From assembly GCA_038327245.1 (NCBI GenBank), contig JBBQKV010000002.1:1-53725 (forward strand): DNA of 53,725 bases, written 5' to 3'. A program made the translations under genes and the position numbers. Below, in pieces: positions 10,769 through 18,735 of this stretch (the stretch's first letter is position 1; every line of letters starts with the position of its first letter). The stretch is from Acidobacteriota bacterium. Its GTDB lineage: Bacteria; Acidobacteriota; Thermoanaerobaculia; UBA5066; Gp7-AA6. Under the pieces are notes generated by a model that saw nothing but the letters and a program-made list of their open reading frames with translations, was not told the origin of the DNA and searched no databases.

Positions 10769-13060
10769 TCAAGTCCGCAGTCGGGCGAGCAGGAAGCTCG
10801 CACCGGTCGCGAAGAGGATGTGGGGCGACCACGCCGCGAGCAGGGGAGGGAGAGATCCGACTTCCCCCAACTTCGTGAAGAGGGACGTCGAGATCAGGAA
10901 CACCATACCGATCGCAAGGCCGACCCCGATCCCCGCGAGCGCACCGCGCTTGCCGATCCGGAACGCGAATGGGAGCGCGAGCAGCGCCATCACCGGAAGA
11001 AAGAGGGGCTCCGCGATCTTGGACTGGAGGGCGGTCTCGAGCGCGGCCGTCGGATAGCCGCTCCTCCGCAGGCGTCGCGCGTATCGCTGGAGCTCGCGGA
11101 ACCGCATTTCCTGGGGAGTCCGGTGCTCCGCGGCAAACGCCACGGGAGCGTCTCCCGCGGTGCGCTCCTCCAGGAAGGTCTGGAAGGCGACCGTCTGGCC
11201 TCCTTTCAGCTCGCGGGTCCAACCCTGCCGGAGGATCCACGTCCTGGTATTCGCGTCCCACGTCGCCTCGCGCGCCGCGGTCCGTCGGGCGAGCTCGAAG
11301 TCCGCATCGAACTGGTAGACGGAAGGGGAGAGCAGCACCGGCGCCGCGCCCACGGTCTCCTCGCGGTGCCAGATCCGGCCGTCCCGCGCGTAGTACCAGT
11401 TGCGCTCGGCGGGCGTGCGCACGTTCCAGTCCGCGGGATGGCCGAAGATCCGGTTCCGGTAACGGATCTCCTTCTGCTTCGCGATCGGGAGGGCGTACTC
11501 GCCGAGCGCGAACGCGAACACGGCTCCGATCGCGGCCACGATCACGATGGGCGCTCCCAGGCGGTGAAGGGAGACTCCGCTCGCCCGGAACGCGGTGTCC
11601 TCGTTGTTCTTCGAGAAAATACCGAGACAGACCAGCGCCGCGACCAGGACCGCGAAAGGGGCGAGGTCGACCGCGATCCCGAGGAGAAAGGCCTCGTAGT
11701 ACCCCGTGACGATCGAGGCCGGCGGGTGATTTCTCAGCACCTCGTCCACCTTGTCGGAGTAGTCCACGATCGCCGAGAGGATGAGCACCGAACCGAAGAC
11801 GAGCGCGAGCGTCGAGAAGAAGCGGCCGAGGACGTAGCGGTCCAGGAGCGCCGGGAAACGCATCAACCCCGCGAACCAGGCGGGTCGGGACGCCTCCACC
11901 GCGGCGGGGGCGGCCGCGCGCCGGCGCAGGAAGGGGAGACGCCAGCGCCCGCGTTCGAGACCGGCCCGGCGGCTGGCCGCGATCCCCAGCGCCACGAGCA
12001 CCAGGTTGGGGAGCCACATGGCGAGAAGCGCGCTCATCCGGCCCTCCTGGGCCCATGTCTCGCCGTTGGAGATGAGCACGTAGTAGAGAACCAGAATCGC
12101 GAGCGACAGGGCGAAGCCGCTCCCTTTCCCGCCCCGGCGCGAGGTCTCGGCCAGCGGAATGCCCACGAGCGCGAACGCGAAACACGCGAACGGGATCGAG
12201 AACTTCTTGTGGATCTCGACGAGTGCGAGTCGCCGCCGCTGCGGAGAGATGTTCTTCATCTGCCGGGCCGTCGCGAGGAGCTCGCGAAGCGACTGCGCCC
12301 GGAGACCCTTCTCGTACGTGATGCGGGACTGCGCGGTCGTCTCGATGTCCTCCGAGAACAGGATTCGCTGGAAATCGTTCCGGTTGCTCCGGTAGCGCGA
12401 GGGGTTCGCGGGGTCGACGTCGTGGACGACCGAGGAGAAGAGGTCGAGCCAGAGCTTGTCGCCCTCGAGCGCAAGGGCCCCCCGGCGCGCCACGATCACT
12501 CGGTCGCTCCGCTGGTCGTCTTCGCCCAGCTTCAGGAAGACACCCTCGAAGGACTTTCCGTCGGCGCCAACCCGGTCGAAGAAGAGCGTCACACCGGGTC
12601 GCGGCTCCCGGAAGGTCCGGGGCTGGACCAGGTTCACGACCGAGGTCGCGGCCACGCGGGCCATCGACCGGGTCAGCTCGTCGTTGGCCCGCGGGAGGAC
12701 GTAGTTGTAGAACAGGAAGACCCCGGCGGACAGGAACGCCGCCGCCAGCAGGGCCGGCCGGTAAAGGGCCCCGGAACCGACGCCGCACGCCCGGAGCGCG
12801 ACGAGCTCGGAGTCACCGGAAAGGCGACCGATTCCGATGAGCACTCCGAGGAGGAAGGCCATCGGGATCGTCAGGACCACCATCCACGGGATGGAGAGGA
12901 GAACGAGCCACGCGACCTCGGAGAGCGACGCGCTGCGCCGAACGAAGAAGTCGGTCATGAGGAAGACCGTCCGGATGAGAAGGATGAACGTGTATCCGGC
13001 GAAGCCCAGCAGGAACGGCGGGGCGATCTCCCTCAGGACAGACTTCCAGATCAGGCGCAC
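10769..13060 (-). CDS. fused LptF-LptG (YjgP/YjgQ) LPS export permease, 763 aa
   Basis: N-terminal half: IWKSVLREIAPPFLLGFAGYTFILLIR...GDSELVALRACGVG (LptF/G family). Second half restarts with LDRYVLGRFFSTLALVFGSVLILSAIVDYSDKVDEVL. Both halves sit in one open frame. Confidence 0.85.
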   Translation of the reverse strand: MRLIWKSVLREIAPPFLLGFAGYTFILLIRTVFLMTDFFVRRSASLSEVAWLVLLSIPWMVVLTIPMAFLLGVLIGIGRLSGDSELVALRACGVGSGALYRPALLAAAFLSAGVFLFYNYVLPRANDELTRSMARVAATSVVNLVQPRTFREPRPGVTLFFDRVGADGKSFEGVFLKLGEDDQRSDRVIVARRGALALEGDKLWLDLFSSVVHDVDPANPSRYRSNRNDFQRILFSEDIETTAQSRITYEKGLRAQSLRELLATARQMKNISPQRRRLALVEIHKKFSIPFACFAFALVGIPLAETSRRGGKGSGFALSLAILVLYYVLISNGETWAQEGRMSALLAMWLPNLVLVALGIAASRRAGLERGRWRLPFLRRRAAAPAAVEASRPAWFAGLMRFPALLDRYVLGRFFSTLALVFGSVLILSAIVDYSDKVDEVLRNHPPASIVTGYYEAFLLGIAVDLAPFAVLVAALVCLGIFSKNNEDTAFRASGVSLHRLGAPIVIVAAIGAVFAFALGEYALPIAKQKEIRYRNRIFGHPADWNVRTPAERNWYYARDGRIWHREETVGAAPVLLSPSVYQFDADFELARRTAAREATWDANTRTWILRQGWTRELKGGQTVAFQTFLEERTAGDAPVAFAAEHRTPQEMRFRELQRYARRLRRSGYPTAALETALQSKIAEPLFLPVMALLALPFAFRIGKRGALAGIGVGLAIGMVFLISTSLFTKLGEVGSLPPLLAAWSPHILFATGASFLLARLRT

Positions 13061-13889
13061 CGGGCAAGCCTCGGGGCGGATTGGCGGGGAGTCAAGGCCA
13101 ACCGTCGCCCGGGCCGTAACGTCCGATAAGATAGATTATGTAAAGTAATGCACCCGGCGGATCCTCGGCGTGGCTGACTCACCCACTCACCCAAACCTGT
13201 CCGACTCCGGATCCAGAAGGACCCCTCCAGGCCGATTCCCGCGAAGATGCGCCGGATTTCGTCGGGCTGCGGGCGGCGCGCCTGCGGGGTCAGGCGGTTG
13301 GAGTACCAGGCCGCGGCGAGCCGCCAGAGCTGCTCGAGAGTCAAGATCGGGCGTTTCGGAACTCCCTGCAACCGGCACCACTCTTCGACTCTTTCCTCCG
13401 ACAGGAAGAAAAGCATCGTGCTTCAGGTGTAGACGAGGTCGGCCCACCATTTCGCGGCCGGCACCGCGAAGTGGGCGACGACTTCCGCGGGTCGGGACCC
13501 TCGAGGCTCACCCCGAGGTGGATCGGCTCGAGGGTCTGCTCGCAACGCGAGAAGACCTCGGCCGGAGCGTGCACCGCCGCCGGGATTCCGAGGGCGTCCC
13601 AGGAGCAGTTGGCGAAGTGCGGCCGCCCTCCAACCCTCACCCGGTGCTGCGTGGGGATCGCCGAGAACGGGGGCGCCATGCGGATCGTCTCCCCGTCCGG
13701 TTCCAGGAAGAGAACCCTCCTGCGGAAAAGCCGCCGGTAGGACTCCCGGATTTCCTCGCGCGGCTCACTTAGGACCCCCGCCAGCTCCGCGGGGCTGGGC
13801 GCGTCGATTCTCTCCACGATCCACCGGTAGATCGCGCTGCGGACGCGCGCGTCGAAGGGAGCGGGATCGGAAGGCTCGGACACCGGCAC
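13051..13889 (-). pseudogene. alkylmercury-lyase (MerB)-like gene, interrupted by one frame break (~13485-13493) and one in-frame TGA (13425-13423); alternatively a Sec-containing gene
   Basis: ORF 13341..13889 holds ...PPFSAIPTQHRV...FANCSWDALGIPA (the Cys-x-x-Asp of MerB). The homologous continuation AEVVAHFAVPAAKWWADLVYT-TGA-STMLFFLSEERVEEWC lies in the frame of ORF 13051..13416. Confidence 0.6.
13391..13412 (-). other. SECIS-like hairpin 10 nt downstream of the in-frame TGA
   Basis: mRNA sense is UUUUCUUCC-UGUC-GGAGGAAAG: a 9-bp stem (7 Watson-Crick and 2 G-U pairs) with a 4-nt loop that has G at position 2. The G-U pairs become C-A mismatches on the opposite strand. Confidence 0.4.
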
Positions 13890-13901
13890 TTCCGCCCCTT
13901 T

Positions 13902-14279
13902 TCAGGTGTGCATGATCATCCGGACGTACCCGTCCGGATCGTGCACGCGAAACTCCCCGCGCGGGGCGTAGAACGGATAGGCGATCGCCCCGACGCCGAC
14001 GCCGGCTCGTTCGAGCTCGGCGCGCGTCGCCGCGACGTCGTCGCAATAGAGGTAGAAGAGGACGGCCTGCTGTCCGGCGTCGAAGGGGCCGTCGGCTCGG
14101 GCGACCATCAGGTGCGCCCGGTCCGATTCGAGATACGCCCAGGCGGGGTCGCTCTCCCTTGCCGGCACGAACGTGTTTCGGACCTCGAAGCCGAGCGTCC
14201 GGTAGAAGGAGATGGACTTCGGAACGCTCGCCACGTGCGCGAACGGAACCAGGGCGCGCGGTCTGGAACCAGCCTCCAT
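13902..14279 (-). CDS. VOC (glyoxalase/bleomycin-resistance/dioxygenase) family protein
   Basis: 125 aa: ...LVPFAHVASVPKSISFYRTLGFEV...YAPRGEFRVHDPDGYVRMI. Typical paired beta-alpha-beta-beta-beta VOC pattern. Confidence 0.8.
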   Translation of the reverse strand: MEAGSRPRALVPFAHVASVPKSISFYRTLGFEVRNTFVPARESDPAWAYLESDRAHLMVARADGPFDAGQQAVLFYLYCDDVAATRAELERAGVGVGAIAYPFYAPRGEFRVHDPDGYVRMIMHT

Positions 14280-14282
14280 CGG

Positions 14283-15131
14283 CTAGCGTTTCGGGAGCTT
14301 GATCTCCCCGGACTCCAGCTGCTTGATGACGTCCTTGAGGACCTGGACCAGCTCGGACTTTTCGACCCGCGACTTCGCGAAGGAGAGGGCGAGCTTGAAG
14401 GGTCCGCCTTTCGGTTTGTAGACAAAGGCGAAGTGGCGGGGTCGCCGGGAGTCGGGCTCGTCCTCCTTCTTCCGGGCGCGGAGGTCGTCGCGGGTCGAGC
14501 CCGCCTTCGCCCGCTCGATCGCCTCGCGCATCTTCGCGGGGTCCTTGAGCCGCGCGACCTCCAGGAGCACCGACTTGGAGTCGATGTCGGCGCGCCGACA
14601 TTCCTCCCGGAGGTCCTCGGGAATGTCGAGGAGCGAGATCGCCTCGGTCACCGAGACCCGCGACCGGCCGATCGCATCGGCCACCTGCTGCTGGGTGTAG
14701 CCGTGGCGCTCCGCGAGGCCCGCGAAGCCCTCGGCCTCCTCGAAGGGGTGGAGGTCTTTGCGGTGGAGGTTCTCGATCAACGCGATCTCCAGGACCTCGG
14801 ACTCCGACACGTCCATCTCGATGCAGGGAACCTCGGCCAGGCCCGCTTCCATCGCCGCCCGAAAGCGCCTCTCCCCGGCGATGATCCGGAAGCGGCCTCC
14901 CGGTATCTGTCGGACGAGCAGCGGCTCCAGGACCCCCTTGGCCTCGATCGACCGGACGAGCTCCCGAAGGTCCCCCACGCTCGTTCTCGGCTGAGTCGGG
15001 TTCGTCTCGATCTCCTCGATCGAGATGAACCGGCCGAGCGACTCGCCGAACCTCTCCGCCAGGGACTCCACGAAGTGGGAGTCGTGGCGCATCCGCGCTT
15101 CCGTCGGCAATCCCCGTCTTCGGCTAGACAC
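14283..15131 (-). CDS. parB: chromosome partitioning protein ParB
   Basis: GVLEPLLVRQIPGGRFRIIAGERRFRAA (ParB box) and HTH GYTQQQVADAIGRSRVSVTEAISLL. Start is either GTG 15131 (8-nt overlap with the parA stop) or ATG 15092. The track start at 15275 was rejected. Confidence 0.9.
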   Translation of the reverse strand: MSSRRRGLPTEARMRHDSHFVESLAERFGESLGRFISIEEIETNPTQPRTSVGDLRELVRSIEAKGVLEPLLVRQIPGGRFRIIAGERRFRAAMEAGLAEVPCIEMDVSESEVLEIALIENLHRKDLHPFEEAEGFAGLAERHGYTQQQVADAIGRSRVSVTEAISLLDIPEDLREECRRADIDSKSVLLEVARLKDPAKMREAIERAKAGSTRDDLRARKKEDEPDSRRPRHFAFVYKPKGGPFKLALSFAKSRVEKSELVQVLKDVIKQLESGEIKLPKR

Positions 15132-15879
15132 GCGAGAGCACCTCCTCGGAAAGGGAGTAGTACTCCGCCGCCCCGGACGAGCGCGGCGAAAAAGTGAAAA
15201 TCGATTCACGGTGCGCGGGACTCTCCTCGAGGCGCACGCTCTTGGAGATCGTGGTCTTGAAGAGCTTCTCGCCAAAGACCGCGCTGATCTGGTCGTACAC
15301 GTCCTTGGCGATCACGGTTCGCCGATCGTGAAGGGTGATGAGCACTCCGAGCAGCCGCAGCGCCGGGTTGGGCCGGGCCTTGATCTTGTCGATCGTCTCC
15401 AGGAGGTCGTCCGTGCCCTCGAGGGCGAAGTACGAGGACTGGATCGGAATCAGGATGTGCGTCGCCGCGACCATGGCATTGACCGTGATCATGCCGAGCG
15501 TGGGGGGCGTGTCGATGACGATCGCGTCGTAGCGCTTGCGGGCGCCGTCCAACTTGTCCCGCAGCCGGAAGTGCCCGTCGATCTCGCCCAGGAGCTTCGA
15601 CTCGATCTTGGCGAGCGCGATCCGCGCCGGGGCAACGTCCAGGTTCTTCAGGCCCGTGTGCTGGACGACGTGCGACATCATCGCTTCCTTCTCGGTCAGC
15701 ACGTCGAACATGGACTTCTCGATCGACTTCCGGTCGAGGTACGACATCGTGCTGTTAGCCTGGGGATCGAGGTCGATGAGGAGGGTCTTCAAGCCCTTCT
15801 GGGCGAGGGCGGCGGCGAGGTTGATGGCGGTTGTGGTTTTTCCGACTCCCCCCTTTTGATTCGCGATGCAGATGATCAC
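15124..15879 (-). CDS. parA: ParA/Soj chromosome partitioning ATPase
   Basis: IICIANQKGGVGKTTTAINLAAAL (deviant Walker A), DLDPQAN, IDTPP. GTG start. Confidence 0.95.
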   Translation of the reverse strand: MIICIANQKGGVGKTTTAINLAAALAQKGLKTLLIDLDPQANSTMSYLDRKSIEKSMFDVLTEKEAMMSHVVQHTGLKNLDVAPARIALAKIESKLLGEIDGHFRLRDKLDGARKRYDAIVIDTPPTLGMITVNAMVAATHILIPIQSSYFALEGTDDLLETIDKIKARPNPALRLLGVLITLHDRRTVIAKDVYDQISAVFGEKLFKTTISKSVRLEESPAHRESIFTFSPRSSGAAEYYSLSEEVLSRV

Positions 15880-15910
15880 GGAAAACGAGTATAGCCGGGA
15901 GTTCGGTGAC

Positions 15911-15946
15911 GGGTGCAGGGCCGCGGGCCCTGTCCCCGTAGCAAAC
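15911..15946 (-). repeat. stop-adjacent hairpin repeat, copy A (directly after the BFN stop)
   Basis: Sense is UAA-GUUUGCUACGGGGACAGGGCCCGCGGCCCUGCACCCG. Same architecture as the copies at 31346..31422 and 37357..37405, with compensatory stem changes. Confidence 0.6.
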
Positions 15947-16429
15947 TTACATCCGATACTTCCCGAGATCCTCCGGGTTTACTTCCTCCAGCCACTTCTT
16001 CAGCCGCTCGGGGTCGGTCTCGTCGCCGTCGGGGCGAAGCGTCTTGCTCTTCTCCAGCACCTCTTCCTCGACGAAGATCTCGGCGTCCACGCGGAGCGCG
16101 AGCGCGATGGCGTCGCTCGGGCGGCTGTCGACGTTCCAGCGGGTCCCGCCGCGCAGGAGGTGAATCCGCGCGAAGAAGGTGTTGTCGCGGAGGTCGTTGA
16201 TCACGATGCGCTCGACCGTGGCGTCGAGCTCCGCGAGGAGGTTTTTGAGGAGGTCGTGGGTCATGGGCCGCGGGGTGCTGATCTTCTCCATCTGGAGGGC
16301 GATCGCGTTTGCCTCGAAGATTCCGACCCAGATCGGCAGGAAGACCCCGTTCGCCGAGTCCCGCAGAACGACGACCGGCATGTTCGAAACGGGGTCCATC
16401 AGCAGCCCCTTGATCTCCATCTTCACCAT
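15947..16429 (-). CDS. bifunctional nuclease (BFN/DUF151) family protein
   Basis: 160 aa: ...LMDPVSNMPVVVLRD...LPIWVGIFEANAIALQME...RPMTHDLL...FFARIHL...DSRPSDAIALALR. Confidence 0.85.
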   Translation of the reverse strand: MVKMEIKGLLMDPVSNMPVVVLRDSANGVFLPIWVGIFEANAIALQMEKISTPRPMTHDLLKNLLAELDATVERIVINDLRDNTFFARIHLLRGGTRWNVDSRPSDAIALALRVDAEIFVEEEVLEKSKTLRPDGDETDPERLKKWLEEVNPEDLGKYRM

Positions 16430-16442
16430 GGGACGTCTTCCT

Positions 16443-17768
16443 TCAAGCCGCGGATTCCGCGAGAAGTGAGTTGGGCAGACCCCGCGTGATGCGGACCCGC
16501 ACGTATTCGCCGGGCGTCGCGGGCCTTTCTCCGGTCACGTGGGCGATCCGGTTGCAAGGCGTGCGCCCCCGGGTCCGGCCGTTCTTGTCGGTTCCCTCGA
16601 CCAGGACCTCCAGCTCGCGCCCCTCGAGCGCCCGGTTGCTCTCCCGCTGGAGCTCGGCCTGAAGGTCGAGCAGGCGCCCGAGCCGCAGGGCGGCGACCGG
16701 ATCGGGCACGGCCGTCTCCTTCCCCCAACGGGCCGCGGCGGTCCCGGGGCGGGGCGAGTAGCGGAACGCGAAGACGTTCGAAAAGCGCGCCGTCCGGAGC
16801 AGGTCGAGCGTGGCCTGGAAGTCCTCTTCGGTCTCTCCCGGAAAGCCGACGATGAAGTCGGAGGAGATCGCGACCTCGGGCAGGGCCGCGCGCGTACGGC
16901 CGATGCGCTCGAGGTAATCCGCGACCGTGTAGCGGCGTTTCATCCGGTAAAGAACGCGGTCGGACCCGGACTGCGCGGGCAGGTGGAGGTATGGGGCGAC
17001 GTTGCCGCCCGAAGCCAGGGCCTCGATCATCGAGGCGTCCACGAAGCGCGGGTGCGAAGTGAGGAACCGGAGGCGGCGCAGGTCCGGGGTCCGGGCGGTG
17101 CGGCGGAGGAGCTCTCCGAAGCCGAAGCCCTCCTCCGGGTCCCGGTAGGCGTTGACGGTCTGACCGAGCAGCGTAACCTCGGAGTAACCGCGATCCACCA
17201 GCGAGCGCACCTCTTCGAGCACCTCCGAGGATCGCCGGCTGCGCTCGCGGCCCCGGGTGAACGGCACGATGCAGAACGTGCAGAACTGGCTGCAGCCCTC
17301 GATGACCGTGACGTACGCCTGGAAGGATGACCCGCGGCTGATCTCCCGGAACTGGTACTCCGGCGACTCGGTCGGGAGATCCAGCGAGAGCACGTGGCGC
17401 CGCTCGGCCCGGGCTCCCTCGACGAGCTCCCCGATCTTTTCGACGTCCCCGGTGCCGAGCACGAAATCGACCCAGGGAGCCCGCTCCAGGATCTCGGTTC
17501 CCTCGACCTGGGCGACGCAGCCCGTGACGCCGATGACGAGGTCCGGATTCTCCTGTTTGCGGCGGCCGAGGACTCCGAGCGCGCTGTAGACCTTCGCCTC
17601 GGCTTTCTCCCGAACCGCGCAGGTGTTCAGGATGACGACGTCGGCGGCCTGCCCCTCCCCTGCCGCGCGATAGCCCCGCCGCTCGAGCTGGCCCGCCATG
17701 CGCTCGCCATCCAGCACGTTCATCTGGCAGCCCCACGTCTCGACGCGGAAGGACGGCAACTCGCTCAT
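16443..17768 (-). CDS. miaB: tRNA-2-methylthio-N6-dimethylallyladenosine synthase
   Basis: MSELPSFRVETWGCQMNVLDGERMAG..., radical-SAM CSQFCTFCIVP and a TRAM C-terminus. ATG 17768 overlaps the upstream stop (ATGA). The track start at 17933 was trimmed. Confidence 0.93.
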   Translation of the reverse strand: MSELPSFRVETWGCQMNVLDGERMAGQLERRGYRAAGEGQAADVVILNTCAVREKAEAKVYSALGVLGRRKQENPDLVIGVTGCVAQVEGTEILERAPWVDFVLGTGDVEKIGELVEGARAERRHVLSLDLPTESPEYQFREISRGSSFQAYVTVIEGCSQFCTFCIVPFTRGRERSRRSSEVLEEVRSLVDRGYSEVTLLGQTVNAYRDPEEGFGFGELLRRTARTPDLRRLRFLTSHPRFVDASMIEALASGGNVAPYLHLPAQSGSDRVLYRMKRRYTVADYLERIGRTRAALPEVAISSDFIVGFPGETEEDFQATLDLLRTARFSNVFAFRYSPRPGTAAARWGKETAVPDPVAALRLGRLLDLQAELQRESNRALEGRELEVLVEGTDKNGRTRGRTPCNRIAHVTGERPATPGEYVRVRITRGLPNSLLAESAA

Positions 17769-18385
17769 TCGCGCAACCACCCGGGCAGTGCACCCGACCT
17801 CCGCGCCCGGTCGGGGAGATCGTCGAGATCTCTTTCGGCCAGCGGCAGCTCTCGCCGCGCCGTCGCGAGGTCTTCGCGCGCCTTGTCCCAGGCGGGCTTG
17901 ATCACCCCGTCCCGGTAGGCGCCGTCGTCCCACGAATAGAAGTCGGCCTCCATCTTCCGGGTCTCGGCCTCCAGCCGGACGATCGAGGCGTGCAGCTCGG
18001 CCACGCGCTCGCGGACCCGCCGGGCCTCGTTGCGCCAGTACTCCTCGCCCTGCGCCGCTCCTCCGCGCGTCGGCGTGGCCGCGGGCCCCGCGGGTGTCGG
18101 ACCGCCCGGAGTCCGGGCGGCTGTGGCGGCAGAGGAATTCGGCGTCACGGGACGCGCCGACGTCGTCAGCTTCCCTTTCCGCGGATCGGTGACGAGCGAG
18201 TCGTTGGTGAGGCGGATTTTCTTCTCGGAGCGTTTTCGCGCGGCCGCTCCAGCGGGGGCGGCCTTCCCGAAGCCGCCGGAGAGGTGGGGTTCCGGCGTTG
18301 CCGTCGGTTGGGGTTGGGGCGCGGCGAGGGCCGCCGTCGTAGAGAACAGCAGGACGGCCAGCGGCGCGAACCGGCGTGCGCTCAT
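17765..18385 (-). CDS. hypothetical secreted protein (signal peptide, Pro/Ala/Thr-rich linker, C-terminal coiled-coil-like region)
   Basis: MSARRFAPLAVLLFSTTAALAAPQP...EEYWRNEARRVRERVAELHASIVRLEAETRKMEADFYSWDD. Both ends are 4-nt coupled to neighbours. I recognise no family. Confidence 0.55.
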   Translation of the reverse strand: MSARRFAPLAVLLFSTTAALAAPQPQPTATPEPHLSGGFGKAAPAGAAARKRSEKKIRLTNDSLVTDPRKGKLTTSARPVTPNSSAATAARTPGGPTPAGPAATPTRGGAAQGEEYWRNEARRVRERVAELHASIVRLEAETRKMEADFYSWDDGAYRDGVIKPAWDKAREDLATARRELPLAERDLDDLPDRARRSGALPGWLRE

Positions 18386-18735
18386 GGCGCCGTCGTTCCC
18401 TCGCGGCCGTAGTCGTCCTGGAGGCGAACCACGTCGTCCAACTCCGGCGAGGAGACCTCGATCAGGTCGCAGGAGGTGTCGGCGCGCATGCGGTGCCGCA
18501 CGCCGGGTCGGATCCGGTAAGTGCTGCCCTCGGCGAGCCGCATCTCCTTCATCGTCCCCCCGACTTCGACGGAAAGGTGCACCTCCCCCCGGAGAACGTA
18601 CAGGGTCTCGTCTTTTCTTTCATGGTACTGGAGTGACAGGGAGTGTCCCGGCTCCAGGTGCAGGATCTTCCCGGCATACCGCTCGTTCTCCGCGAAGATC
18701 AGCTCGTGTCCCCACGGTTTGGGAACGGTCCTCAC
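18382..18735 (-). CDS. cupin-domain protein (mannose-6-phosphate-isomerase-type cupin)
   Basis: GTG 18735 overlaps the ptsI stop (GTGA). PKPWGHELIFAENERYAGKILHLEPGHSLSLQYHERKDETLYVLRGEV...IRPGVRHRM is the cupin G(X)5HxH...H pattern. Confidence 0.7.
   Translation of the reverse strand: MRTVPKPWGHELIFAENERYAGKILHLEPGHSLSLQYHERKDETLYVLRGEVHLSVEVGGTMKEMRLAEGSTYRIRPGVRHRMRADTSCDLIEVSSPELDDVVRLQDDYGREGTTAP

Noticed and set aside
13170-13772. 200-aa plus-strand ORF and 87-aa minus-strand ORF (13187..13450) over the MerB-like locus
   Set aside because: They are the antisense and third-frame readings of the MerB-like gene. Only the two frames joined in the finding carry MerB-family motifs.
13100-15900. 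oriC near parAB, and the AT-rich patch at 13111-13150
   Set aside because: No cluster of DnaA-box-like 9-mers, no dnaA, dnaN or gid genes, and the AT-rich stretch is only about 35 nt. More likely it is the lptFG promoter region.
16443-17933. Extended N-termini given by the ORF track for miaB (also accA to 31712, hpf to 24412, cmk to 51362, parB to 15275, metK from 7620, ahcY from 9041, rsmD from 6767, and cupin to 20118)
   Set aside because: The extensions overlap the upstream gene and are Arg/Pro-rich. Conserved N-terminal motifs begin at internal ATG/GTG codons, which often overlap the upstream stop.
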